From contig CAWDFP010000006.1 in the NCBI GenBank assembly GCA_963801605.1, positions 832,001 through 896,000 on the forward strand: DNA of 64,000 nucleotides, given 5' to 3'. This document shows positions 29,469-40,111 of the stretch, piece by piece. Both the position numbers and the translations under genes were made by a program. Origin of the DNA: an uncultured candidate division Zixibacteria bacterium. GTDB lineage: Bacteria > Zixibacteria > MSB-5A5 > UBA10806. The notes below the pieces were generated by a model. The model searched no databases, was not told the DNA's origin, and saw only the letters and a program-made list of their open reading frames with translations. Each line of letters starts with the position of its first letter. The stretch's first letter is position 1.

Positions 29469-31413
29469 ATGAAAAAAAACGAAAATTCGATTAATTCTGT
29501 ATTCCTCCTGATTTTCATGACACTCCTGCTTTTATGGGCGGCTCCTGGTCAGGCAGGGGCTCAACAATGTCTCGAATGTCATGGCGATAAAACTATGACC
29601 ACCAAAGATTCGCTAGGGCATGAAATATCTCTATTTGTCAGCGATTCCACATACAAGGCGTCGGCCCATGGCAGCTATGGAATGCACCGATTGTCATAAG
29701 GGCATAAGCGAAATCCCCCATCAGGAGAATTTACCCCAAGTCAATTGCGGCGATTGCCATAGCTCTGAGGTTGAAATTTACAAACAGCATGGCAGGCTTA
29801 TGGTGGGATCGGCGGGAATGGGAAAAGATATTCCGGCTTGCGTGGATTGCCATGGCAAGCATAATATCCTGCCACCCGATGATAGAGAATCCAGTGTTAA
29901 TCCTCTCAATCTTCCCAGCACCTGCGGCCGTTGTCATGAAGACGTCGACCTTGTTAAAAAACATCAGATTCCAATGGAAAAGCCGGTAGAGGTTTTCGAA
30001 AGCAGCGTCCATGGTAAAGCCTCGCTTGGCGGAGTATACCTGGCTGCCACCTGCAACGACTGTCACTCCTCAAACGGTACAGCGCATATCATTTTACCGC
30101 CCGGCGATTCCCGATCATCAATAAATCATTTTAATATTCCCAAGACCTGCGGACGATGCCATAAGAGCATCGAGCACGATTACTGGGATGGTATTCATGG
30201 CAAGCTCACCGCCCAGGGGGAGACCGATTCTCCTGTTTGCACCGACTGCCACGGCGAGCACGGCATTCTGGCGCCTGATGATCCGCGGTCACCGGTTAGC
30301 CCCGCGCGAGTCGCGGAGGCCACCTGCGCCCCTTGCCACGAGTCCGCCAGACTTAACGAAAAATATGGCGTTCCTACCGGACGATTACAGTCATGGGTGG
30401 ACAGCTATCATGGCTTAAAAAGCCGTGCCGGCGATCTAACGGTCGCCAATTGCGCATCCTGCCATGGTGCGCATCGTATTCTTCCTCACACCGACCCATC
30501 ATCATCGATATATTCCGCCAATCTGCAGAAAACTTGCGGCAACTGCCATCCGGGAATTACGGCTGCAATCGCCAGCACCCCGATTCATGGTACTCCGGGA
30601 GTGACCCGAACCAACATCGCCCGGATATTCCAAAACATCTACATCATCCTGATCATCGGGATCATTGGAACCATGATAATTCATTGGCTGATCGATCTAC
30701 GTAAGCAGATTAAAAATATCGGCAAGAAAAAACAAATCCAGCGCATGACTCCCGGCGAAGTGTGGCAGCATACATTCCTGATGATTACTTTTATAACACT
30801 GGTTTTCTCCGGATTTGCGCTGCGTTTTTCAGAGGCTTGGTGGGTTAAGGTTATATTTGGTCACGAAGGCGGATTCCCATTGAGAGGAATCGTTCATAGG
30901 GTAGCGGCTGTCCTTTTTATCTGCACCGCTATCTGGCACGCTATTTATTTGACAACAGCACGAGGGCGCAAGTTCCTCGTAGATATGTTGCCGGGCAAAC
31001 ATGATTTCACGCAGTTCAGAGATATGATCTTCTACAACCTCGGTTTTAAAAAAGATTCGCCCGCATTTGGCCGCTTCAGTTATGTCGAAAAAGCTGAATA
31101 CTGGGCGCTTGTCTGGGGTACCGCAGTAATGATTTTAACCGGCTTTTTCTTATGGTTCGAAAATTTCGCGGTCAAATGGTTTCCCAAAGGGTTTCTCGAT
31201 GTCATGCTCATTGTCCACTACTATGAAGCCTGGCTGGCAGCATTGGCGGTTCTTATCTGGCATATGTATTCAACAATTTTCAGCCCCACCGTTTATCCCA
31301 TGAATCCGTCGTGGTATACCGGCAAGATGCCCGAGGATATGTATCGTCATGAGCATGCGGCCGATCCGATCCTGCTTCAAGCGAAACAAGAAGAAAAGCC
31401 TAACAACGATTAA
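29469..31413 (+). CDS. CbcL-like multiheme c (11 CxxCH) plus FdnI/HydC-type cytochrome b; +1 frameshift near 29670
   Basis: Signal peptide with CLECH in ORF 29415..29699 and 10 CxxCH in 29620..31413; TM domain with WQH, VHRVAA, EKAEYWALVWG, VHYYEA, WHMY. Confidence 0.88.
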
Positions 31414-31437
31414 CGAAAATTCGGACTAAGGAAATTT

Positions 31438-34203
31438 GTGAAAAAAGCCGTCCTAACGATTATCCTGGTTTTCGTTGCAACTTTGGTACGTGCTCAATCG
31501 GTGGATGATTGCCTGGCCTGCCATGAGGATAAATCGCTTTCCGCGGAACGCGCTGGTCATAAAGTATCCCTATATATCGAAAAAAAGGTTTTTTCCAAAT
31601 CAGTGCATGGCGAGCTCGACTGTATCGCCTGCCATGAGGATCTTGCAGGCTCCGAATTTCCGCATAAGGAAAATCTCGCTCCGGTTAAATGCGGAAACTG
31701 TCATGATGACGTAGCCAAACAATATGATGCCAGTCTGCATGGCAAAGCTGTGGCGCAGGGAGCCAAGCTTGCCCCGCGTTGTTGGGATTGCCATGGCGCC
31801 CACGATATCCTGCCGGTTAACGATCCCAATTCTAAAGTTACCAAATTCAATATTCCTTTTGTTTGCGGACGATGCCACAAAGAGGGAACCGAAGTTACCC
31901 GAACTTACGATATTCCTCAGGATAGCATTTTAAGCCATTACTCTTTCAGCGTTCATGGAGAGGGCCTTTTCCAGAAAGGCTTAACTGTAACGGCGGTATG
32001 TACCGATTGTCATACCGCTCATAACGTTCTGCCTCATACCGATCCCAATTCCACTATTTATCGTACCAACGTCCCCAAAACCTGTGAAAAGTGTCACGGT
32101 CTTATCGAGCAGGTACATCGTAAAGTAATCCGCGGCGAGCTCTGGGAAAAAGCCCCCAACCAGGTGCCAATCTGTATCGATTGCCACGCGCCTCATCGGG
32201 TACGCAAAATTTATTATGAATTGGGAATGTCCGATACCGATTGTTTGAAGTGTCATGCCAAACCAAATCAAACTATGGTCCGCGATGGCCAGACCATCTC
32301 CATTACTATAGATACAACCGAAGTTAAAAATTCGATTCATCGCAATACTGCTTGCGCTCAGTGCCATACCGGAGCCAGCATTGCCCAACAACGTCCCTGC
32401 GCTACAATTGTAACCAAAGTTGATTGCTCTATCTGTCACGCCGAAGTGGTTGCTACTTATAAAACCAGTACTCACGGTACGCTGGCCGACCGCGGCGATC
32501 CCAATGCTCCCATTTGCCGGGATTGCCACGGTACGCACGGCATAAAAGATCATCGCACCACAAGCTCGCCGACCTATCCGACCCATGTGCCCGATCTTTG
32601 CGGAAAATGCCATCGTGAGGGCAATAAGGCCGCTGTTCGTTACAAGGGTGACGAGCATAATATCGTCAGCAACTATGTTGAAAGTATTCACGGAAAAGGC
32701 CTGCTGGAAAGCGGCCTGGTAGTTACCGCCATGTGCACCGACTGCCATACATCACATCATGAACTTCCCCACGACAACCCGGAATCAAGCGTCAATAGCA
32801 ATAATATCGCTATGACTTGCGCCAAGTGTCATAACGGCATCTATGAACTTTACAGCAAGAGCGTTCATTTTGCCGACGGCAAAAAAACAGACAAGCCGCT
32901 GCCGATTTGCAACGATTGCCATACATCGCATACAATTTCGCGCACCGATCAGGAAGGATTCAAGCTAAACATCATTAACCAGTGCGGCCGCTGCCATCAG
33001 GATGTATTAGAAACTTATTTCGAAACCTATCATGGCAAAGTGTCCAAACTGGGTTACACCGCTGCTGCTAAATGCTACGATTGCCACGGAGCCCATGATG
33101 TGCTTCCCACCTGGGATCCGCGATCGCATCTATCGCGTCAAAATATTGTGGCCACTTGCGGGAAATGCCATCAGGGTTCAAATCGCCGATTCGCCGGATA
33201 CCTGACCCACGCTACTCATCATGATAAGAAAAAATATCCGGTTCTATTCTACACATTCTGGTTCATGACTTTTCTTTTGATGGGCACTTTAACTGTATCC
33301 GGTATTCATACTGCGCTCTGGTTACCGCGCTCCTTCCAAATGATGAAAGCTCAAAAGAAGCTCAGAACCGCAAGCGCCGGCAAAGAATATTTACGTTTCG
33401 ATAGTCTGCCTCGCCGATTGCATATACTTGTAATTATCAGTTTTATCGGGCTGGCGTTAACCGGTATGACGCTGAAATTCTCTTATCTTGGATGGGCCCA
33501 ATGGCTCTCGCGAATTCTGGGAGGTTTCCAGTCGGCAGGATATATACACAGAGTCTGCGCGGTCATTACCTTCTTCTATTTTGGAACTCATGTAGTTTCG
33601 CTTATCCGTCAAAAACGGCGCGAAAATAAAACCTGGCGGGCATTCCTGTTCGGGCCCAATTCGATGATTCCCAATTGGAATGATTTTAAGGAATTCATCG
33701 GTTCGTTTAAATGGTTTGTGGGCCTTGGCCCCCGTCCCGAATATGGCCGCTGGACTTATTGGGAAAAGTTCGACTATTTTGCAGTCTTCTGGGGAGTCTT
33801 CATTATCGGTTCAACCGGATTGCTTCTCTGGTTCCCCGAACTGTTTACTCGAGTTCTGCCGGGTTGGTTTATCAATGTGGCGACCGTAATTCATTCGGAT
33901 GAGGCTCTGTTGGCGGTTGGCTTTATCTTTACGGTGCATTTTTTCAATACTCATTTCCGCCCTGAGAAATTCCCGATGGATACCGTTATTTTTACGGGAC
34001 GAGTACCCCTGGAGGAATTCAAAGAAGATCGTCCCAGAGAATACCAGGAGATGCTGGAATCCGGAAAACTCGAAGAGCGCTTGGTTGATCCTCTGCCGCC
34101 AATCGTAGTGCGCGGAGCAAAAATCTTCGGATGGTGTGCTCTTTCAATTGGACTTATTATGGTTCTACTGATTCTATATGCAGAGATATTTGGCTATAGA
34201 TAA
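31438..34203 (+). CDS. CbcL-like multiheme c (19 CxxCH) plus cytochrome b quinol oxidoreductase
   Basis: 19 CxxCH counted; RLHILV, IHRVCA, YWEKFDYFAVFWG, IHSDEALLAVGFIFTVHFFNTHFRPEKFPMD. Confidence 0.92.
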   Translation: MKKAVLTIILVFVATLVRAQSVDDCLACHEDKSLSAERAGHKVSLYIEKKVFSKSVHGELDCIACHEDLAGSEFPHKENLAPVKCGNCHDDVAKQYDASLHGKAVAQGAKLAPRCWDCHGAHDILPVNDPNSKVTKFNIPFVCGRCHKEGTEVTRTYDIPQDSILSHYSFSVHGEGLFQKGLTVTAVCTDCHTAHNVLPHTDPNSTIYRTNVPKTCEKCHGLIEQVHRKVIRGELWEKAPNQVPICIDCHAPHRVRKIYYELGMSDTDCLKCHAKPNQTMVRDGQTISITIDTTEVKNSIHRNTACAQCHTGASIAQQRPCATIVTKVDCSICHAEVVATYKTSTHGTLADRGDPNAPICRDCHGTHGIKDHRTTSSPTYPTHVPDLCGKCHREGNKAAVRYKGDEHNIVSNYVESIHGKGLLESGLVVTAMCTDCHTSHHELPHDNPESSVNSNNIAMTCAKCHNGIYELYSKSVHFADGKKTDKPLPICNDCHTSHTISRTDQEGFKLNIINQCGRCHQDVLETYFETYHGKVSKLGYTAAAKCYDCHGAHDVLPTWDPRSHLSRQNIVATCGKCHQGSNRRFAGYLTHATHHDKKKYPVLFYTFWFMTFLLMGTLTVSGIHTALWLPRSFQMMKAQKKLRTASAGKEYLRFDSLPRRLHILVIISFIGLALTGMTLKFSYLGWAQWLSRILGGFQSAGYIHRVCAVITFFYFGTHVVSLIRQKRRENKTWRAFLFGPNSMIPNWNDFKEFIGSFKWFVGLGPRPEYGRWTYWEKFDYFAVFWGVFIIGSTGLLLWFPELFTRVLPGWFINVATVIHSDEALLAVGFIFTVHFFNTHFRPEKFPMDTVIFTGRVPLEEFKEDRPREYQEMLESGKLEERLVDPLPPIVVRGAKIFGWCALSIGLIMVLLILYAEIFGYR

Positions 34204-34217
34204 TAATACAAAAACGC

Positions 34218-34253
34218 AAAAGCCGAGGTCTATAAAAGGCCCCGGCTTTTTTT
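34218..34253. terminator. Bidirectional terminator
   Basis: AAAAGCCG..GGTC-loop-GGCC..CGGCTTTTTTT between convergent genes. Confidence 0.7.
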
Positions 34254-34266
34254 ATTCTATTAATTC

Positions 34267-34758
34267 TTAGAACGACCAGTTAACAATAGGGAAGATCGGG
34301 AATTGGCCTCCCTGCTTGATGATATTTATAAATCCAATCTGGAGCCCTTTAAGCCTGTTGGCATGATTAACTAATCCAAGTTGGAAACCGTTGGCATAAT
34401 TGGCGTGATTGACAAATCCCCACTGCATACCTTCAAAATCGCCATTTGTCAAATTGACCCAGCCGTATTGCAATCCAGAGAATTTTGCGTCGGCCAAATT
34501 TACGATTCCAAGCCCGATTCCCAACGATTTGCCGGAAGTAGTATGATTTATCAATCCCCAATCCACACCTGTGACGCTGGTATTTTTTCCATAAATCAGG
34601 TTTATCCTGATTCCAGTTATCGAGCTGTTTTCAGGAAATATCTGAATTGGATTGATCAACGCAATTTGAATGGGGTGGCTCTGGGCCAATGCCTGACCCG
34701 AAACGAAAGTTAAGGCAATGAGTGCCAATCCCAACAGAATGCTGTTCTTCTTTACCAT
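34267..34758 (-). CDS. Secreted GxQxGxxN-repeat protein (LA_2272-like), probably outer membrane
   Basis: Signal peptide; repeated G(L/M/F)Q.G.VN; C-terminal PIVNWSF. Confidence 0.75.
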   Translation of the reverse strand: MVKKNSILLGLALIALTFVSGQALAQSHPIQIALINPIQIFPENSSITGIRINLIYGKNTSVTGVDWGLINHTTSGKSLGIGLGIVNLADAKFSGLQYGWVNLTNGDFEGMQWGFVNHANYANGFQLGLVNHANRLKGLQIGFINIIKQGGQFPIFPIVNWSF

Positions 34759-34940
34759 TTTACCCTCCAAATTTAATATGTTTAATTCCGTATTAATAAT
34801 TGTACTCTTGATATAAAAAATAGCTCCGTATTTATCAAGTTAAATCTGAGCCTTTTTAAGAATGATAGTAAATTAAAATAAGATTGCGTGAGGATTTTAG
34901 GCCTCGAAGTATGGGACTTTGGTGAATTTAATTATGGTTT

Positions 34941-35835
34941 TTAGGATATTTCCGAATCGAATTTACTGGAAATTTGCTCAAGCCCCAAAACGCTCGCGCA
35001 GGCAGAGAATCTGAAGTAATCGAGTAAGCGATTGAGCTTTTCCTCTGCTAAAGTCAGATTGCCATATCGCGAGAAATTGACATAATCCATGCCTGCCGCT
35101 CTGGGATGATGCCTATCCAGCTCCCAGAGCTTCATATTAATTACGGCTGGATACCCCTTCTGATTAAGGCTTTTGATAGAGTTGAGCCCGAACCAGCCTG
35201 GGCAATATTCTAATGTTTTCTCCGAATCTGAAAACAACGCCTAATTTGCGACGGGCCGATTGCGGGATGGCAATGATCGAGCGTCCATCGGATATAGTTA
35301 TCGGAAAAGGCTTGAGACTTTCCATTCGAGGACTATCGGCGAGCAGGCTTGAGTCGTAGCGATATCCAGCCTCGGCGATCAGGCGATACAGCGAAAGGTT
35401 ATCGCGTGATAGATAGGGGCAAGTCGCTTTGTAGCCGTAAACGGGTTTACCGATGATATCTTCGAGGATTTCTCTGGAGCGTTCCAATTCACTTTTGATT
35501 TTATCAGAAGGCATTTTCCTGATATCCCCATGCGTGAATCCGTGGCTGGCGACCTCGTTGCCGCGCGAATCGATCAGGGCCACGACCTCGGGAAATTTAC
35601 GCGCCACCCAGCCCAGGATAAAGAACGTAGCGTGGGCTTTCTGTTTATCGAGAGTATCTAAAAGGTGAATGAGCAGAGGGATTATCCGCGAACGGGCATC
35701 AGGCGGCTCCATATCGGGATTCTCTACATGAAAGCGGTCTTCGATCTCGAAGGTCAGCATATTGTCCAGGACTGGGCGATAGTAATCCGGTGCTCTTTTT
35801 AACGATTTCGGGCTCATAATACTATGGTTCGGCAT
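34941..35835 (-). CDS. Polysaccharide deacetylase (CE4/DUF3473, exosortase-locus-like) with degenerate motifs; +1 frameshift near 35200
   Basis: ATFFILGWVA, EVASHGFTH, GYRYDSS, WELD; joined reading ..RILPGWFGLN.. Confidence 0.8.
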
Positions 35836-36121
35836 GATTTACCCCCTTCTGAATATCGCCGCCGCCTTAAACACATTAATTCTCGAGAGTGTTCCGGTTG
35901 AAAACATTAGAAGGTAATAAAGGATGTTCTGCTTAAACAGATACCCGGCATAAAAAATCACCAATATTTAGGCTAACCACATTGATTTGAAAACAGGGTT
36001 TGGTGGAAATCGCGATTTATCATAAAGGCATCAAATGAGAAAATCACCCTTCAGGAATTCCCCAATCTTCCGAAGAATATACAAGATGACAACTTAGGCA
36101 GACTTTCGCGGAGGGATTACT

Positions 36122-37294
36122 TTGAACTCGCAACGCAAAACCAAGATTATGGTGGTAGTAGGCGCCCGGCCAAATTTTATGAAAGCCGCCCCGCTTATCA
36201 GCAGAATGAAATTGTTTCCGGATACTCTGGAGCCTATCCTGCTTCACACCGGCCAGCATTATGACCAGAAACTCTCCGGCCTCTTTTTCGACGAGCTCAA
36301 GCTTCCCAAGCCTGATATCTATCTCGGAGTCGGCTCCGGCAGCCATGCTGTCCAGACCGCCAAAATCATGGTTGAGTTCGAAAAGATCGTCATGGAGAAT
36401 CCTCCGGATCTCCTGGTGGTTTTGGGTGACGTCAACTCCACGGTCGCTTGCGCCCTGGTAGCTGCCAAGTGTCATATTCCGATCGCCCATGTCGAGGCCG
36501 GCCTGCGTTCGCTCGATATGGGTATGCCTGAGGAGATCAACCGAATCCTCACAGACCGCATCTCGAACTATCTGTTTGTAACAGAATTTTCCGGATACAG
36601 AAATTTGCTCGCCGAGGGGGTTGACGACAGCAAGATATTTTTCGTGGGCAATGTGATGATCGATTCTCTCAGGGCTCATCTTGATTTAGCAAATGAGCGT
36701 CCAATTCTCTCCGAGCTTGGATTAGAATCGAAAAACTACGCCCTCCTGACTCTCCATCGTCCGGATAACGTAGATAACGAGGCGACCCTGACGCCCCTTG
36801 TCGAGGCTCTCTCGACTCTGGCTCAGAAAATAGCAGTAATATTCCCATGTCATCCGCGCACAAGAAATAATATTGATAAATTCGAATTATCTCATTATTT
36901 TGGACCCCAAGGGATCAGGCTTATCGAGCCGGCCGGATACCTCGATTTTTTGAAACTCGAACGAGAAGCCGCTATGGTCCTCACCGACTCCGGCGGCATT
37001 CAGGAGGAGACCACCATTCTTGGTGTCCCCTGCCTGACTCTTCGCAAAAACACCGAGCGACCGGCGACGATAACCGAAGGCACCAACATTTTGGTTGGGC
37101 CTTATCCCGAGAGAATCCTGGCCACCGCCGAGAGTATTCTGAGCGGTAATATCAAAAAAGGCCAGATACCAAAATACTGGGATGGCAGGGCCGCAGAGCG
37201 GATTGTTGATGTCTTTATCGAGATCGCTGGGCAGCAGCCTCATCCCGTCAAGACCGGAACGACTCAAGAAAAAGAGGTCGTTTCCGTTGGATAG
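36122..37294 (+). CDS. wecB: UDP-N-acetylglucosamine 2-epimerase (non-hydrolysing)
   Basis: VGARPNFMK, HTGQHY, GDVNST, HVEAGLRS, PEEINR, TDSGGIQEE, TERP. Confidence 0.95.
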   Translation: MNSQRKTKIMVVVGARPNFMKAAPLISRMKLFPDTLEPILLHTGQHYDQKLSGLFFDELKLPKPDIYLGVGSGSHAVQTAKIMVEFEKIVMENPPDLLVVLGDVNSTVACALVAAKCHIPIAHVEAGLRSLDMGMPEEINRILTDRISNYLFVTEFSGYRNLLAEGVDDSKIFFVGNVMIDSLRAHLDLANERPILSELGLESKNYALLTLHRPDNVDNEATLTPLVEALSTLAQKIAVIFPCHPRTRNNIDKFELSHYFGPQGIRLIEPAGYLDFLKLEREAAMVLTDSGGIQEETTILGVPCLTLRKNTERPATITEGTNILVGPYPERILATAESILSGNIKKGQIPKYWDGRAAERIVDVFIEIAGQQPHPVKTGTTQEKEVVSVG

Positions 37295-37308
37295 GGAAGG
37301 AGTAGCCG

Positions 37309-38295
37309 CTGAAATCATCATCCAAGCCTGTGGCGCTGATAACCGGAGGGGCTGGTTTTATTGGTTCGCACTTGAGTGATGCGCTGCTCAAGGCAGATTA
37401 CGTAGTGCGCTGTTATGACGATCTTTCACATGGCTCCATGGCCAATATAGATCCGTTCTTAAAGAATTCAAATTTTTCATATTGTATAGCTGACGTATGC
37501 GATAGCGTTAAGCTTAAAAGCTGGGTCGATGGATCCGATGTGATTTTCCACCTGGCAGCCAGAAAAATACCGCGTTATGGTGACGCCCTGGCGACACTGT
37601 ATGTCAACACCCATGGTACGCGAAATGTATTGGAGCTGGCCACCGAACAAAAGATCAAGGTTGTGCTGGCGTCTACATCGGATGTCTACGGAAAGGGCAC
37701 TCCACCGTTTAAGGAATATGATAACCTCGTCATCGGGCCATCTAATGTACGCCGCTGGAGCTATGCTGTCAGTAAGCTTTTTGACGAGCACATGGCGCTG
37801 GGTTTCTTTTGCGAAAAAGGTCTCCCCACCGTCACTTTACGTTTTTTCGGAAGCTATGGCCCCAGGAATCATCGTTCCTGGTGGGGCGGGCCGCAATCGG
37901 TATTTATTGAGCAAGCCTTAAAAGATGAGCCGCTGACTGTCCACGGCGACGGCCTTCAAACGCGCTCATTCACCTACATAGATGATCTCATTTCTGGAAT
38001 TGTTTTATCATCGCAAAAGGATAAGGCCGTGGGGCAGATTCTAAATCTGGGATCTGAGGAAGAGGTCAATATTCTAACTCTGGCTAATACCGTTAGCGAA
38101 TTGGTTTGGCCGGGCAGGGAACCTAAACTTAAATTAATTCCTTACGAGAGTTTTGGTGGCCATTATGAGGATGTCAGGCGACGGTTGCCCGATCTTACCA
38201 AATCCAGAGAAATTTTGGGATTTGAGTGGCATATCAAGCTCCGCGACGGCCTTGGCCGCACCATCGCCTGGCATAAGGGTACACCTTCCGCTTAA
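37309..38295 (+). CDS. NAD-dependent epimerase/dehydratase (extended SDR, UDP-glucuronate decarboxylase-like)
   Basis: ITGGAGFIGSH, STSDVYG, YAVSK, QTRSFTYIDD; start is CTG 37309 (AAGGAG RBS) or GTG 37330. Confidence 0.9.
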   Translation: MKSSSKPVALITGGAGFIGSHLSDALLKADYVVRCYDDLSHGSMANIDPFLKNSNFSYCIADVCDSVKLKSWVDGSDVIFHLAARKIPRYGDALATLYVNTHGTRNVLELATEQKIKVVLASTSDVYGKGTPPFKEYDNLVIGPSNVRRWSYAVSKLFDEHMALGFFCEKGLPTVTLRFFGSYGPRNHRSWWGGPQSVFIEQALKDEPLTVHGDGLQTRSFTYIDDLISGIVLSSQKDKAVGQILNLGSEEEVNILTLANTVSELVWPGREPKLKLIPYESFGGHYEDVRRRLPDLTKSREILGFEWHIKLRDGLGRTIAWHKGTPSA

Positions 38296-38556
38296 CAGAA
38301 ATACAGGCCGCCAAGGCAAATAGTATACTGCTAAGCCCTGATTGGTATTGAGATTAGTTATTGTTTTGCTTATAATTACCCCTTTGGGAAACAAATATAT
38401 ACTTTTGGAGTTATTACGTGATTGGACATAATCGTAATGTGGCTCTGCTTACTTAATAACTGAATAGTAGTCGAGAGCCTAACGCAAACTTAGATATAGC
38501 CGATAATTTAAGTAAGCATCAACGCGAAAAGGTACAAAGCGGGTGAGGAAATAATC

Positions 38557-40075
38557 ATGAATCCGGCCATTGTTAGCGATTTTTTGATAAATTCGGCGCA
38601 AAAGCACCCCGACAAGATTGCTCTCTACTTTGGCGATAAAAGCTTTACCTATAATGAGATTTACGGACAGGCGGTAAATCTGGCCTCTTATCTTCACGCC
38701 AACGGCCTGGAAAAAGGGGATAGGGTAATAATTTATCTGGAAAACAGCCCGGCGGTGGTAATCTCTATTTTCGCAACTCTCCTGGCCGGTGGGGCTTTTT
38801 CTGTGGTGAACCAATCAGTTAAGGCTCAGAAATTCCTATATATCGTTAATAATTGCACACCGAAATTTATAGTCACTGATCAATGCCAAGATTGAGATGC
38901 TTTCGAAATTTAAGCTGCAGCAGGATATCCCCCGAATTATCACAGTCAACGGCCCCAGCGATTTATCGGTATCGTTTGATCAAATCGTCTCCGAAGAAGG
39001 TCAGGCACCCAATCTTCGCGTTATCGACTTAGATCTGGCATCAATAATTTATACATCAGGGTCTACGGGCGAACCAAAAGGCGTTACCCTTACTCATCGT
39101 AATATGGTCTCCGCCGCCAACTCCATCACGCAGTACCTTGGCAGCGCCGAATCAGATATCGTCCTTTGTATGTTACCGCTATCATTCGATTATGGACTCT
39201 ATCAGGTTTTAATTTCCTTCCTGGTTTCGAGTACGCTGGTACTGGAGCGCAAATTTGGTTATCCCTATGAACTTGTCGAAATAATCCATAAACGACAGGT
39301 TACCGGTTTGCCTTGCGTACATACAATGATGGCAATCCTGTTGCAGCTGGAGAATCCGGAGGCCCTGCAACTTTCATCAATACGTTATATTACCAACACC
39401 GGGGCTGCCCTGCCGCCGGCTTTTATACCTCGACTTAAAAGGGTTTTCCCCAACGCTGCCATTTTCTCGATGTATGGCCTGACCGAATGCAAACGTGTTT
39501 CCTACCTACCGCCCCAATATCTGGATACTAAACCAGATTCGGTGGGGATCGCGATGCCGAATACCGAGGTTTGGGTAGTAGATGATGATGGGAATTTTCA
39601 TGAAAGAGACGCTATCGGAGAACTCGTTATTCGAGGTTCGAATGTTATGCAGGGATATTGGAATGATCCTGTGGGCACGGCAAAGGTCCTGAGACCGGGG
39701 CGTTACCCCTGGGAAAAGGTGCTCTATTCGCATGATCTATTCAGGATCGATAAAGAAGGATTTCTGTATTTTTTAGGGCGTCGTGATGATATAATAAAAG
39801 TTAGCGGGGTGCGAGTTTCCCCCAAAGAGATAGAGAATGTCCTTTATCAGATAAATGATATTATTGAGGCCAGGGTTATGCCCGTCCCGGACGAAATACT
39901 TGGAAACGCGATCAAGGCCGAGGTTGTTCTTCGCGAAAATTCAACGCTAACGGTTGAACAGATATTGACCCATTGCAGAGCAAATCTCGAGGATACCATG
40001 GTGCCGAGTCAGGTTATTATCGTAATGAGCATACCCAAAACCGATAGCGGCAAAATTCTGAAACGTGCCAGTTAA
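38557..40075 (+). CDS. AMP-binding adenylation enzyme (acyl-CoA/acyl-ACP ligase-like); +1 frameshift near 38882
   Basis: YTSGSTGEPKG, LPLSFDYGLYQ, MYGLTECKR, GRRDDIIK, SGKI. Confidence 0.9.
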
Positions 40076-40111
40076 TTTTTCTAAAAGGATAGACAGGTCA
40101 TAGGCAGCCAG

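Noticed and set aside
31981..32748. Long antisense ORFs (also 36044..36679, 44662..45027, 50985..51515, 56505..57002)
   Set aside because: Shadows of well-supported genes on the opposite strand; the Pro/Ser-rich one only mirrors the G skew of nadE
38893..38895. TGA in the adenylation enzyme as Sec or read-through
   Set aside because: The downstream ORF is in a different frame; a one-base deletion near 38882 explains it
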